A stretch of 64,000 bases of DNA from Octopus sinensis. Lineage: Eukaryota. The stretch's first letter is position 1. Each line of letters starts with the position of its first letter. The notes under the pieces are model-generated. The model saw nothing but the letters and a program-made list of their open reading frames with translations. It ran no database searches and was not told the origin of the DNA. The translations under genes and the position numbers were made by a program. Location: the NCBI RefSeq assembly GCF_006345805.1, contig NC_043000.1, positions 44,082,001 through 44,146,000 of the forward strand, written 5' to 3'. This document shows, piece by piece, positions 1 through 11,140 of this stretch.

Positions 1-77
1 CTACTTCATATTCAGTGCATTATTTTCCATTAGCATTTAACAGATCATTCAATTTTCTCTACCTTCGGACTACTACC

Positions 78-96
78 ACAGCTGCTACTACTACTG

Positions 97-157
<61 letters not shown>

Positions 158-189
158 CACTACTACTACTACTACTACAGCTGCTGCTG

Positions 190-257
<68 letters not shown>

Positions 258-258
258 T
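78..258. repeat. (CTA)n microsatellite
   Basis: Long CTA/TAC run; explains the poly-T/poly-L ORF 15..365. Confidence 0.97.
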
Positions 259-688
259 CGAAGTGGAAGCGAGATATACTTCCATTTCGGTACTTAGCTC
301 TTGCTCAGCGTTATATCCAAGGATACCGTACACTTTTTCACTTTTCTTTTATTGATAAAATCTAAGCCTCGTCTTCAAGCCCATTCATCATCACAGTCAT
401 CAGGAGTAGCATTAGAACCACCAACACCACCAGCCTTGTTGCCCTGTTCCCAGTAAACATCGTGGGCGACTTCTACTTCCATTTCTTTCCTTATTCTCCA
501 TTTGTGTCGTTTTCCATGTTCTTTTCTTTCGTATTTCACATACTTTCCTATTATTATCGTAAATTTTACCTTTTTAGAAATTTTAAATCGCCTTCATTGT
601 ATTACTATATATTTATGTTTAATCTCCTTCATTTATATTTACTAAGAGATTTCTCTATTCCCTTCATATTGATGTGCTTATCGCTGTT

Positions 689-691
<3 letters not shown>

Positions 692-728
<37 letters not shown>

Positions 729-782
729 AACTACTACTACTACTACTACCACCACCACCACCACCACCACCACCACCACCAA

Positions 783-819
<37 letters not shown>

Positions 820-820
820 G
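692..820. repeat. Compound (TAC)n/(CAC)n microsatellite
   Basis: Direct reading; explains the poly-Y/poly-H ORF. Confidence 0.95.
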
Positions 821-1284
821 TTCCACTTTTTCTTCTTCATTTTCTAATTATTCGCTCTATTCTTCATTATTTCTATTATCTCATGCATAAATATTTTCAT
901 ATTATTCTTCGTTCTTTAAAAAGTTCAGTCTCTGCAGTATACTCACATAAGTATATATTTATACTTATAAATACATACTAAGACACGCGTAGACATACTT
1001 ACATATATAAACTAATACGTATTTCATAAATCTATGATACAGTACTTTTATATATATATTTCCATATGTATAATACAATATATTTCGTTCGTGCGTTTGC
1101 GTTACTAAATAATGTCGTATGTGGTAAATTATAGCTGTGCATTATATTATCTTAAACTCACTGACACGTAATGACATTTTTAGGCACGATGAAAAAATTC
1201 TAATGTTGTAGGCACCCACACATACACACATATTCGTATATGTGTACATATATTCATGTATTTAGAAATATATACATACATGTA

Positions 1285-1500
<216 letters not shown>

Positions 1501-2559
1501 ATATTTAATTATTATATTTATGTATATATGTAATATATATGTATGTATGTATTATATATATATGTGTGTGTGTGTATACAGAGACACGAATGTATAATTA
1601 TTTAAGCACATATTTATATACACTCACATACATGTACAGGCAAATGTAGGGGAAGAGAGTGAGTGTGAGAGATTTTTAGGTATTTATACTTATAAATGCA
1701 CAAATATATTCGTAGTCAGCTAGATACACATGAGAAATGCTTAAGTAAACCCTGAATATGCTAATGTTTGTCCACACACATACATACATACATTCCATGT
1801 CTGCACGTAACCAATCTTCAGCAGCAAGAGTGTTCGTTTCATATATATTTTATCTAAGATATTACGAGTTATGTAATACTTCTGTAAAGCATACCTTTTT
1901 GCTCCATCAAATTTATGTGTGATACCCTTTTACTTAATATCTGATTGCAGATTTTTTTTATAAATTTCCAATTAGGTATTTGCCATGGGTACATTCCAGT
2001 AACAGCTCTCAGCTTGTCAGCCTGTCAAATTATATGATTTTTTATTCCGTGCAACATTTCATACATTAAAAATTCTTCTGACGCTTGAATATTTTGCGCT
2101 GTCAAACTTGCATTTTAATGATAAAAATTTCATTTACGTTTGCGTTCTTGTGTTGGAAATCTGCTATAAAATTTGAAACTGATGAAATGCATTTTCGAAA
2201 CGCAAATTTTGGGGAAAATCAGAAGGAAATATCAGCTCTTAAATGTTGTTATAAAAAGGAAAATACGTTTTATTCATTAATAACAATTTCTTTACCACCA
2301 ACCTGAAAAACAAATGGAAAGAAATTGAAAATATATTTTACTTACAGAAAAACCTATATCCACAAAAAATTATGGGTTTCTTTAAAATGAATCTAATCGA
2401 AGTTTATATATATTTTCAAATTAAACTAGAAACATTGTTTGACAGAAATCATTACCGTGATACTTGAAATATCTACTTCTAAACATAAAAAGAAAAGCGG
2501 TTTAACACTTCAATGCTTTCCTATCTTCAACAAACACTTTAATCTTTTCCTTGAGATAC

Positions 2560-2780
2560 GATTTTCAATCGTTAGAAAGAAGAAGCACCGTGACCTGTCC
2601 TCAAGAAAGACACACTCTCTGACCCTAACAACTAGCAAACAAGTGACTTCATTGGTAACAGTCGTAAACAATCACTTCTATCTTCAAAATGAGTCTCGGT
2701 CAATGGCCACCAGATCAGATTTCATAGCCTTTCATCTAGCGGGTTTGTACGCTCCTAACTCACTAAACAGTTGCTTTATC
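2560..2780 (+). mobile_element. Degenerate APE-endonuclease fragment of a Tx1/L1-like LINE
   Basis: Translation ...FIAFHLAGLYAPN resembles the APE 'vavYAPN' motif; the preceding segment resembles the 'GVsLLv' strand. Confidence 0.45.
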
Positions 2781-3024
2781 TCCCTTCACTTCTTCTGTGG
2801 CGGCAATATTCTTGTATTTCATATTTATAATATATATTATTTTAGTCTAAAAAACTTCATAGCTATGGTGATGAGGGTCTCTGATTCTCTTAATCTCACG
2901 TATGTCCCTTTGTCTAACTCATTCTTTATATATCAGTCCGTTGGAAGTGAGATGTAAACACGCAAGTACGCATACACATAATTATGTGTGTGAATGTAAG
3001 TATATGCACTTGTGTGTGTAAGCA

Positions 3025-3090
3025 TACATAATACATACATACATACATACATACATACATACATACATACATACATACATACATACATAC
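3025..3090. repeat. (TACA)n microsatellite
   Basis: Direct reading. Confidence 0.97.
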
Positions 3091-3108
3091 TTTATTAAAG
3101 CTGCAAAA

Positions 3109-3166
3109 TCTTCACAAAACTGTTACTCAGATTTTCACGTTCCCATTCGTCAGAGAGTTGTGAAGA
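3109..3166 (-). ncRNA. Degenerate type I hammerhead-like motif
   Basis: Minus strand reads TCTTCACAA-CTCT CTGACGA ATG-GGAA-CGT GAAA ATCTGAG TA ACAG-TT-TTGTGAAGA. Core boxes are present, stem II has a GNRA loop, distal stem I is 9 bp, and there are mismatches near the core. Confidence 0.55.
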
Positions 3167-4644
3167 ATACTGAATTAAAATGGCGATGGTACATATATCA
3201 TATAATATAATATATGATACAATTCAACTCAACCAATTTAGCATTTAACTTTGATTGGATGGGAAATTCTCAAAATGTAACGGTTTAGGTTTCGTTACCA
3301 TTTGGGTGGTAATGTGATGTGTAAATTAACAGTAAAGTATTAATATAAAAATATATTATAATTTCGAAGAAATCTTGTGTAAAGCGAAAGGAAACGCAAT
3401 TCCAGAAAATGATTAGTTAATGCATAATTAAATTGAAAGAATAGCAACGCATGTTTGATGTTGAAAGTGAGATATAATAAAATACTGATGAGAATCTATA
3501 GATGGAAATTTCAATAATGAGTGTACGATATAAAATGTATATGCTTGTATAAAGGGATTTGTTCAGTTTGGTTCACAGATTTTTTAATTAATTAATTATT
3601 ATTAACTAAACAGTTTGAAACTTCGTATACTGGTGGAATGGCTCATACAGAACACGGTTTACTTTGAACATTTTTGACAAAATTTGGTATTTAGAAGATA
3701 TTTCGTGTTAAAGTTGTCATATATGGGTATTTTCAACCAACCAACGACGTGCATTTGGTTGAAGAATTCTACTGCTGTTTGCAATAGAAATCTATGGGCA
3801 ATAGCTTCTGGGCCATCTCTACTAAATGTCACCACTCTATTCTATTTGAATGTCGAACGAAGACGATGCCACCTTTATCCTTTCTTTCTTCTTAGTCAGC
3901 ACCGTGCATTCCTTACTCTTTCTCTCCCTTGTACACTAGCAACCAGTGACAGAGCTTGTCACTGTCACTACAATTACCGTATTTCCCGGTGTATTAGACG
4001 CTATTTGTTTTGCTTCACCTTCATGTTTTGATAATGTTATTTTGAATCTAATAAGGACTTTTGTATAGATGAAATGTGTTTGTTGTTGATTATACTAAGA
4101 TAAATTCATGACAATAACAAACATCTCATAGTTGTAAAATAAGGCATTTTCCAACTACATATACGTCAACAAAAAAAGCTAGCTGCGGATTGTAGCACCC
4201 TAGGTCTTTTAAATACCGGTGCGCTTTATATGTGGATGAAACACCGATGTCAGGCAAACAAATAATTATATGTAAATAATATCTCTTCCTTCTTGGTGTT
4301 GATTCTTCATATTTACTGGTTACTCCTACGCGCGAACCAAAAAAAAGCTTGTAATATCAAACACAGTCAGTACTCTACGAAGTTTCAAACTGTTTCGTTA
4401 AAAAAAATTAATCAAAAAGTCTGTGAGCCAAACTGAACAGATCCATGTAAATACATATACGAACAAATATACTTACATATACATGCATATATGTAAATGC
4501 AAACATGTATAACACTATACGCACACAACACATAGACATGCACACATACGAGTACATAGCATATATATGACCCGCTTACATATATATACATCCATATGTA
4601 CCAATATACGTACGTATACAAACTTGTGTACTTGAGATTACTGT

Positions 4645-4730
4645 GTGGTAAAAAGCTTGCTTCCAAATCACATGATTTTGGATTTAGTGCCACCGCGTGG
4701 CACCTTCGTCAAATATCTTCCGGCCGATCA
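4645..4730 (+). mobile_element. 5' fragment of tRNA-derived SINE (same family as 42074-42445)
   Basis: gtggtaaaaagcttgcttccaaatcacatg...ccaccgcgtggcacctt aligns by eye with the head of the 42074 copy. Confidence 0.7.
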
Positions 4731-4966
4731 AAATCTTAGTAGGGGATTTAGCAAAGCAGGCAATGAGAAAGAAATAATTGAAAGGAGGCAAGACGGAGAA
4801 AGAAAAAACCGACTGTTATGGGCTATAAGAAATAAGCTGGTGAGTTTACAACGCTTATAACAAATATTTACAGAATGAAAATGTTTAAAAGAGACAGATG
4901 TAGAAATTATAAGGAAAAAAACATGTTGTAATGTATGTATCAGAGACCATAAGGACATATATAGGT

Positions 4967-4969
<3 letters not shown>

Positions 4970-5008
<39 letters not shown>

Positions 5009-5085
5009 TAGATAGATAGATAGATACATACATACATACATACATACATACATAAATATATACATATATACATATATATATATAC
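4970..5085. repeat. Compound (TA)n/(GATA)n/(TACA)n microsatellite
   Basis: Direct reading. Confidence 0.95.
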
Positions 5086-5379
5086 ACGCCCATATAAACA
5101 ACTATATCTACACGTTCACACTAATCTATGCACTAATTTATGTGTATGTATGTGTATAAATGCTGATATATGTGAAAAGCACTTGCGTCTTTAAAAACCA
5201 TATGTATACTAACGTATAGACATACTAGCATACATATGTATATGCACACGCATTGACAAATATACATAGACAAAGCCGCATATTAAATGTTCATAAATAA
5301 ATTCCCATAACACCTGTAAGAAATAGATTCCTATAAACACATATATGTGAGTGTTTGTGTGTGCGTGTGTGTGTGTGTG

Positions 5380-5412
<33 letters not shown>

Positions 5413-5494
5413 CATGCGTGTGTGTGTATACAATCGTTGAGAAAATACCGGTATGTTAAATATGTACGAAAATTTTGATACGAAGAATGGGAGT

Positions 5495-5562
<68 letters not shown>

Positions 5563-7133
5563 AAGAATAATAAATGAATGAAATAAATTAAAATAGAAAA
5601 TTAAATCACAAGTAAATGAAGTTAGAGTAGTTTTTTCAGGTAATGTCATCCAGTTGGATGTAACTCTTTGAGAGTTAGTTACACATATTTTATAAAGACG
5701 CACTAAATAATAAATTTTATAAGAAGAAACCTGAATAATAAGTAGAACTTGCAAGCTCTTCTAAAATACACGAATAATAATTCACATATATGTCCACATA
5801 TGCTTGTAAAATTATGGCCATACAGATGAACAGTCAGAAGCATTAATACTCAGTTATTGCATAATAGTCGTGTCGATTTATTTGGAGATTACTATATACC
5901 ATTATGGTTAAATTCGTATCGATTGTATCCTTTTAAGATTATAAGACCAGGTCCTATATTCGATATTGGATGTGGTGTGGACTGAAAAATCGCTCTTCAG
6001 TGACGGATAATATTAGTTCGTTCTAACATTGGAAATGAAAGTTTAAGTGCAGAGACGGACCATGGAAAGGATAAACAATTGGGTAAGTAGAGGGGATAAT
6101 GTCATCAATAAATAGGGAACATAATGTTTTACTTAACTACATTAATTACAACTAAAGAAGTTTTTTTTGTCTTTCCTAATTTGAAATGCAACATGATGTT
6201 CTTTCCCCCGATAACACAATATGAAAATGTTAAAAAATATCTTTCAGAATGAAAAACAAATTACTTGGTTGGAAGGTTTATTTGTATTATAGAAGACCGT
6301 CTGACATCCGCTAGGCATTTTGCAGTATTTCGATAAACATTTCTTAAATATGATGAGATGACTATTGAATGTGATATACATTTAGAAAAATAAATTACTT
6401 TATTTGTTCGTCAGCTGTACGGTTGTATATGTTTTCTAGTGTTCCGTAAAATTTCAGCAAATATTTCGATCCGTAAAAGTACATGAGATGTGTTAGCAAT
6501 GTGTTTCTATATGTCAATATATTTGTTTAGTGTGATACAAAGTCCATAAACTTCGTGAATCTTTTTATAATGATCTTATTGTATATTATCATTCAAATAA
6601 GTTTAGTTCCTCATAGTGTTTGTTATATTTCAATAGCTCAATCTCTTTATATTTTCTCCAAAATATTTGTATATCTAATCGAAGCGACATTTGTTTCTCT
6701 TTTCTTGTCCTTGTTTTCAAAGACAAATCCAAAATATATCAATCTTTTACATGCAGCATTAGAGGAATTTATGGGAAATAACAGAATACAATTATAGATT
6801 TTGAAGGAACAAATGCGTAAAAGTCAATTTATTCGTATTCTTTCAGTTTACCAAAAATATCTTCGTTGCTGCAATTATGTAATTAAGGATCAATTTACTA
6901 ATTGATGAGCCATATTAAATTAATAACACTTCCTTGTTTTCATTTTTCTTTCTCATTTTACATCCTTTGCTGTCGTAGTAATCACAATCGTAGCCATCGA
7001 CGCAGTTCTTGTCCTCGCGTGGTTATCTCATCATCATTAACATCACCATGGTCTATGTCGTTGGTGTCAGCGTCACGATCATTTCCCAAATATTTTCATC
7101 AAAGTTATAAGCCATCAAAGTCACATTTTCATG

Positions 7134-7453
7134 TTTAGTACCGCCTTAGCGAAGGTGGAGGTATTGTTTTCAGTTCTGCGTGTTTGTTTGTTTGACTGTG
7201 GACAAGCTATCTCAAGAACCGCTGGATGGATTCGGATGAAACTTTGGGGGAGTGTTTGGCATTGTGCCTGGCACGAACTGATTAGATTTTGGTATCGATC
7301 TGGTCCCGGACAAAGATTCTGGATTACTTTTCCTGTTTTATTACTTAATTTTTGAGAGCGATCGGGTTCATTTTTAGTATTATCTCTGGTTAATGGTTGA
7401 GAGGACGTTGGTGCTGCCTTGGCGGAAGTTTGCGTTCTCTGATTGCTCTTCTT
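7134..7453 (+). mobile_element. Non-autonomous Helentron/Helitron2-type element (HINE/DINE-like)
   Basis: 5' hairpin CCGCCTT-AGCG-AAGGTGG, body gtttgtttgtttg...gatggattcggatgaaact, and 3' end ccttggcggaagtttgcgttctctgattgc, all typical of this class. Confidence 0.7.
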
Positions 7454-7477
7454 TTATAATTATGATTGTTCTTAATG

Positions 7478-7888
7478 TAGTATCTTTGCCACTTAAATGT
7501 GGCTAACCCTTAAGGGTGGATGCTACTGTAGATTGTAGCCCCAGGAGGACACCTCCTCCAGCTGGCTATTGACACATTTCTGTGCCCTATGAGTATTTTC
7601 AAGGGGAAGCCATCCTCCCCATCTTCAATCTGACATGATAGACACGGACTCGAGTTTCTGGGTATTGACCCGTCATCAGCGTGTAACAATCACCGATTGC
7701 CGATGAAAAGTGGGTTCCCTTTGCAAATATTTATCCTTTTTCCAGTGACGAAAAATCACTGATATCGAAAAAGTGTAAACAATCAATAATAAATCTCTGA
7801 ATGAGGTATAAACAGTAGTTGCACGACATCATGAAGTATATTTGCCACTTAAATGTGGCTAACCCTTAAGGGTGGATGCTACTGTAGT
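7478..7888 (-). mobile_element. Diverged retrozyme-like monomer (~356-nt unit plus ~50-nt terminal redundancy)
   Basis: Colinear with the 8321-9412 unit. tttgccacttaaatgtggctaacccttaagggtggatgctactgtag occurs at 7485 and again at 7841. Contains an HHR. Confidence 0.85.
7642..7684 (-). ncRNA. Minimal type I hammerhead ribozyme (stem II closing pair mismatched)
   Basis: Minus strand ACACG CTGATGA CGGG-TCAATA-CCCA GAAA C-TCGA-G TC^CGTGT. Confidence 0.8.
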
Positions 7889-8014
7889 TTAAGATTAATG
7901 TCGTAGAATAAAAGTAAATAAAACCTTTGAAAATCGGAATTTAACAACGCGATAATTTCTTTGGAGTTTGGTCGTCATACTGATTTGCCATTACCTACCG
8001 ACGCTTCACGAAAG

Positions 8015-8077
<63 letters not shown>

Positions 8078-8488
8078 CAGAGAGAGACAGACAGACAGAC
8101 AGAAAAAAGGAAAATGTTCTACCTATTTGAAGACTATGGAAATATTTTAAATAAACATTTCATTTAGTTTTCCACAATTTATAGATTTTTCATTCTTTAT
8201 TCTAAGTGGAAAAGTCGTCGAAAAGGCTGAAACCGGAACTAAAATGTTTTTTTTATGATAGAGCAATTTTTTCTACCTTGTCTTATTTCCTCGAATATAT
8301 ATATATATATATATATATATATCGTGACGTATTTTTGCCATTTCAATATGGCTAACCCCTAAGGGTGGATGCTACTGTAGTTTTTAGCCCCAGGAGGACA
8401 CACTCCTCCAGCTGGCCATAGACACACTATCTGTGTCCTGTCAGTATTTGCAAAGGGAAGTCATCCTTCCCGTCTTCAACTTATGATA

Positions 8489-8533
8489 CACACGGACTCG
8501 AGTTTCGAGGTATTGACCTCTCGTCAGCGTGTG
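8489..8533 (-). ncRNA. Type I hammerhead ribozyme, copy 1
   Basis: Minus strand CACACG CTGACGA GAGG-TCAATA-CCTC GAAA C-TCGA-G TC^CGTGTG. All core nucleotides are present; predicted cleavage between 8495 and 8494. Confidence 0.92.
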
Positions 8534-8839
8534 ACAATCATAGTTGTCGCCGAGAATTAGATTTCCTTCACAATACTTATACTTTTTCCAGCGTCCACTG
8601 TCGCTGATATTGAAAAAGTGAAATCAAACAATGATAAATATCAAAGTAAGTTATATACAGTAGCGGTAACACATCGTGACGTATTTTTGCCATTTCAATA
8701 TGGCTAACCCCTAAGGGTGGATGCTACTGTAGTTTTTAGCCCCAGGAGGACACACTCCTCCAGCTGGCCATAGACACACTATCTGTGTCCTGTCAGTATT
8801 TGCAAGGGAAGTCATCCTTCCCGTCTTCAACTTATGATA

Positions 8840-8884
8840 CACACGGACTCGAGTTTCGAGGTATTGACCTCTCGTCAGCGTGTG
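8840..8884 (-). ncRNA. Type I hammerhead ribozyme, copy 2
   Basis: Identical to copy 1; predicted cleavage between 8846 and 8845. Confidence 0.92.
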
Positions 8885-9191
8885 ACAATCATAGTTGTCG
8901 CCGAGAATTAGATTTCCTTCACAAATACTTATACTTTTTCCAGCGTCCACTGTCGCTGATATTGAAAAAGTGAAATCAACAATGATAAATATCAAAGTAA
9001 GTTATATACAGTAGCGGTAACACATCGTGACGTATTTTTGCCATTTCAATATGGCTAACCCCTAAGGGTGGATGCTACTGTAGTTTTTAGCCCCAGGAGG
9101 ACACACTCCTCCAGCTGGCCATAGACACACTATCTGTGTCCTGTCAGTATTTGCAAAGGGAAGTCATCCTTCCCGTCTTCAACTTATGATA

Positions 9192-9236
9192 CACACGGAC
9201 TCGAGTTTCGAGGTATTGACCTCTCGTCAGCGTGTG
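9192..9236 (-). ncRNA. Type I hammerhead ribozyme, copy 3
   Basis: Identical to copy 1; predicted cleavage between 9198 and 9197. Confidence 0.92.
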
Positions 9237-11006
9237 ACAATCATAGTTGTCGCCGAGAATTAGATTTCCTTCACAAATACTTATACTTTTTCCAGCGTCC
9301 ACTGTTGCTGATATTGAAAAAGTGAAATCAAACAATGATAAATATCAAAGTAAGTTATATACAGTAGCGGTAACACATCGTGACGTATTTTTGCCATTTC
9401 AATATGGCTAACATACATACATACATATATATATATATACAATATATACAATATATACATATATATACAATATATACATACATACGCAGAGCAAGAGAGA
9501 AAGAAAGAGAGAACGTTAGCGGTTTTAGTAACCGACTATGGGTAAAATATCCGTTAAAACTATCAGTATCCGTTACCTGTGTTATTCCAGGGCAAAGTTG
9601 TGCAGGCATACCATATACGTCGAGCGCAGGTAACAATAGGATAAGCAAAACTTTATCAGGAACCAATGCAAATAATTAGAAAATGGATAAAAACCTAGAT
9701 TAACCCGTACATCGGTTAGACCACATTTAAAAGCTTGTTTATTGATACAATGCAAGACATAACAGAGCTAACAGCTGTTTCTAATCAGATTACCACAATG
9801 CAGTCTATACATAAATGCAAGAATAATATTCTTTTTCTTCAAAGTGCATTCTAATTAAGGCAACAGATCTTCATCACAGTGGAAAAAAAGTGCAGACAAT
9901 ATAAACAAAAGGATGAAGGAAAAGGAAGGAAAACATGGCTTAGACAAATAATCTAGAAGCCCAATATTTGAAGTGCACATAATTATTTACCATCCAAGCT
10001 CAAAGAGCGTAGATAAGAGCTATAGCATATTGATACATATGCACGGCTTTTATAAGTGAATTAGTCTATGTTGTACACTGTAAATGGCGTAGTATATGCG
10101 GTATTATCATTTAGATATATCAATACATGTATTATCAGTTTATATTTTCTCAACCAGCTAACGAAGCTATACTTCGACTCACTGTTGTTATTAGTGACCC
10201 AATTTCACCAAAGATAGTGCATTAACGCCACAAAAGAATGTATTCAAAATATGTCACTTCTTTTTAGATATAATAAGTGTAGCAATCACCGATTCTTTAT
10301 CACAGTACGATTTGCTTCAGCATGGCCTGCTTTGAGACAATCCTCCTCCCTATCTTCATCATCCTCATCACCACCACGACCGCCACGACCACGACCACGA
10401 CAACGATGACGATGACCACCACCACTTACAATCAGTTAATCCAATATGGTGTATTTTCAAGAAACAACAGGTTTTTTTAAACGCCTATGAGTTTGCAGTA
10501 CCTCAGTAGTTTACAATAAATTGTGTTTAACATTTAGTTTGTTTCTTATATATATAATCTGCATATATAAATCTAGTGTCGCAATATTTTTTTACTAACA
10601 TTACCACCTATAGTGTTTAAAATGAAGTGAGATAATGGAAGTTCTAACATAGTTATAAGAAGTTAATTGTTGTTTTTTATGGTATTGTTGGGAAGTATGC
10701 TGATAGTGTTTATAATGATAAACATGGGAACTATTTTAATACTGGTTGTCATGATATTAAATGAGATGATGATAATTATGACGTGCATAAGGTTGAATTT
10801 GTGTTATTGTATAAATAAGTCGAACTTAAACATGTATACATATGATAATAACACAGGAATATGAGACTTCGCTACTTAACATCACAAACACAAAAATATA
10901 AATATTTACTAAGAGAGTCAGATAACAGCACACGAAACAACTACATAGCCTCGATACCTTCAATAATCAAACCACATGCAAAAACAACAGCTGAAAATGA
11001 AAACAG

Positions 11007-11140
11007 TAACAGGAACAGTTCTATATTTAAGAGATGAAGACTTATGTCTAGGGGAAATTTCGAACATGAAGGGTGGAAGGTATATAAGCCGACACAACAA
11101 AGAAGATGAGGGCAAATATCCGTCAAATGTAAATAAAATA
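11007..11140. mobile_element. Rearranged, decayed copy of the PLE pLTR/HHR tail family (minus-orientation piece joined to plus-orientation piece)
   Basis: agttctatatttaagagatga and ggggaaatttcgaac match 13025-13190 in the same orientation. tgaagggtggaaggtatataagccga...gatgagggcaaatatccgtcaaatgtaaata matches it in reverse. Confidence 0.65.

Larger units (their letters stand above)
8321..9412 (-). mobile_element. Tandem array of ~352-nt hammerhead-containing units (non-LTR retrozyme-like), about 3.1 copies
   Basis: Unit starts (atcgtgacgt) at 8321, 8673, 9024 and 9377. Copies differ by single-base indels. One HHR per unit. Flanked by (TA)n and (TACA)n/(TA)n. Confidence 0.92.

Noticed and set aside
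395-410. TCATCAG (minus-strand CTGATGA)
   Set aside because: No GAAA box or stems at suitable spacing. The same applies to TCGTCAG near 6408 and TCTTCAG near 5994.
3610-3805. Possible non-autonomous DNA transposon fragment
   Set aside because: Looks repeat-like, but no termini or second copy in the window support a call.
7478-9412. CRISPR-like or ordinary minisatellite reading of the 352-nt array
   Set aside because: Units are fully repeated with no variable spacers, the context is eukaryotic, and the HHR explains the repeat better.
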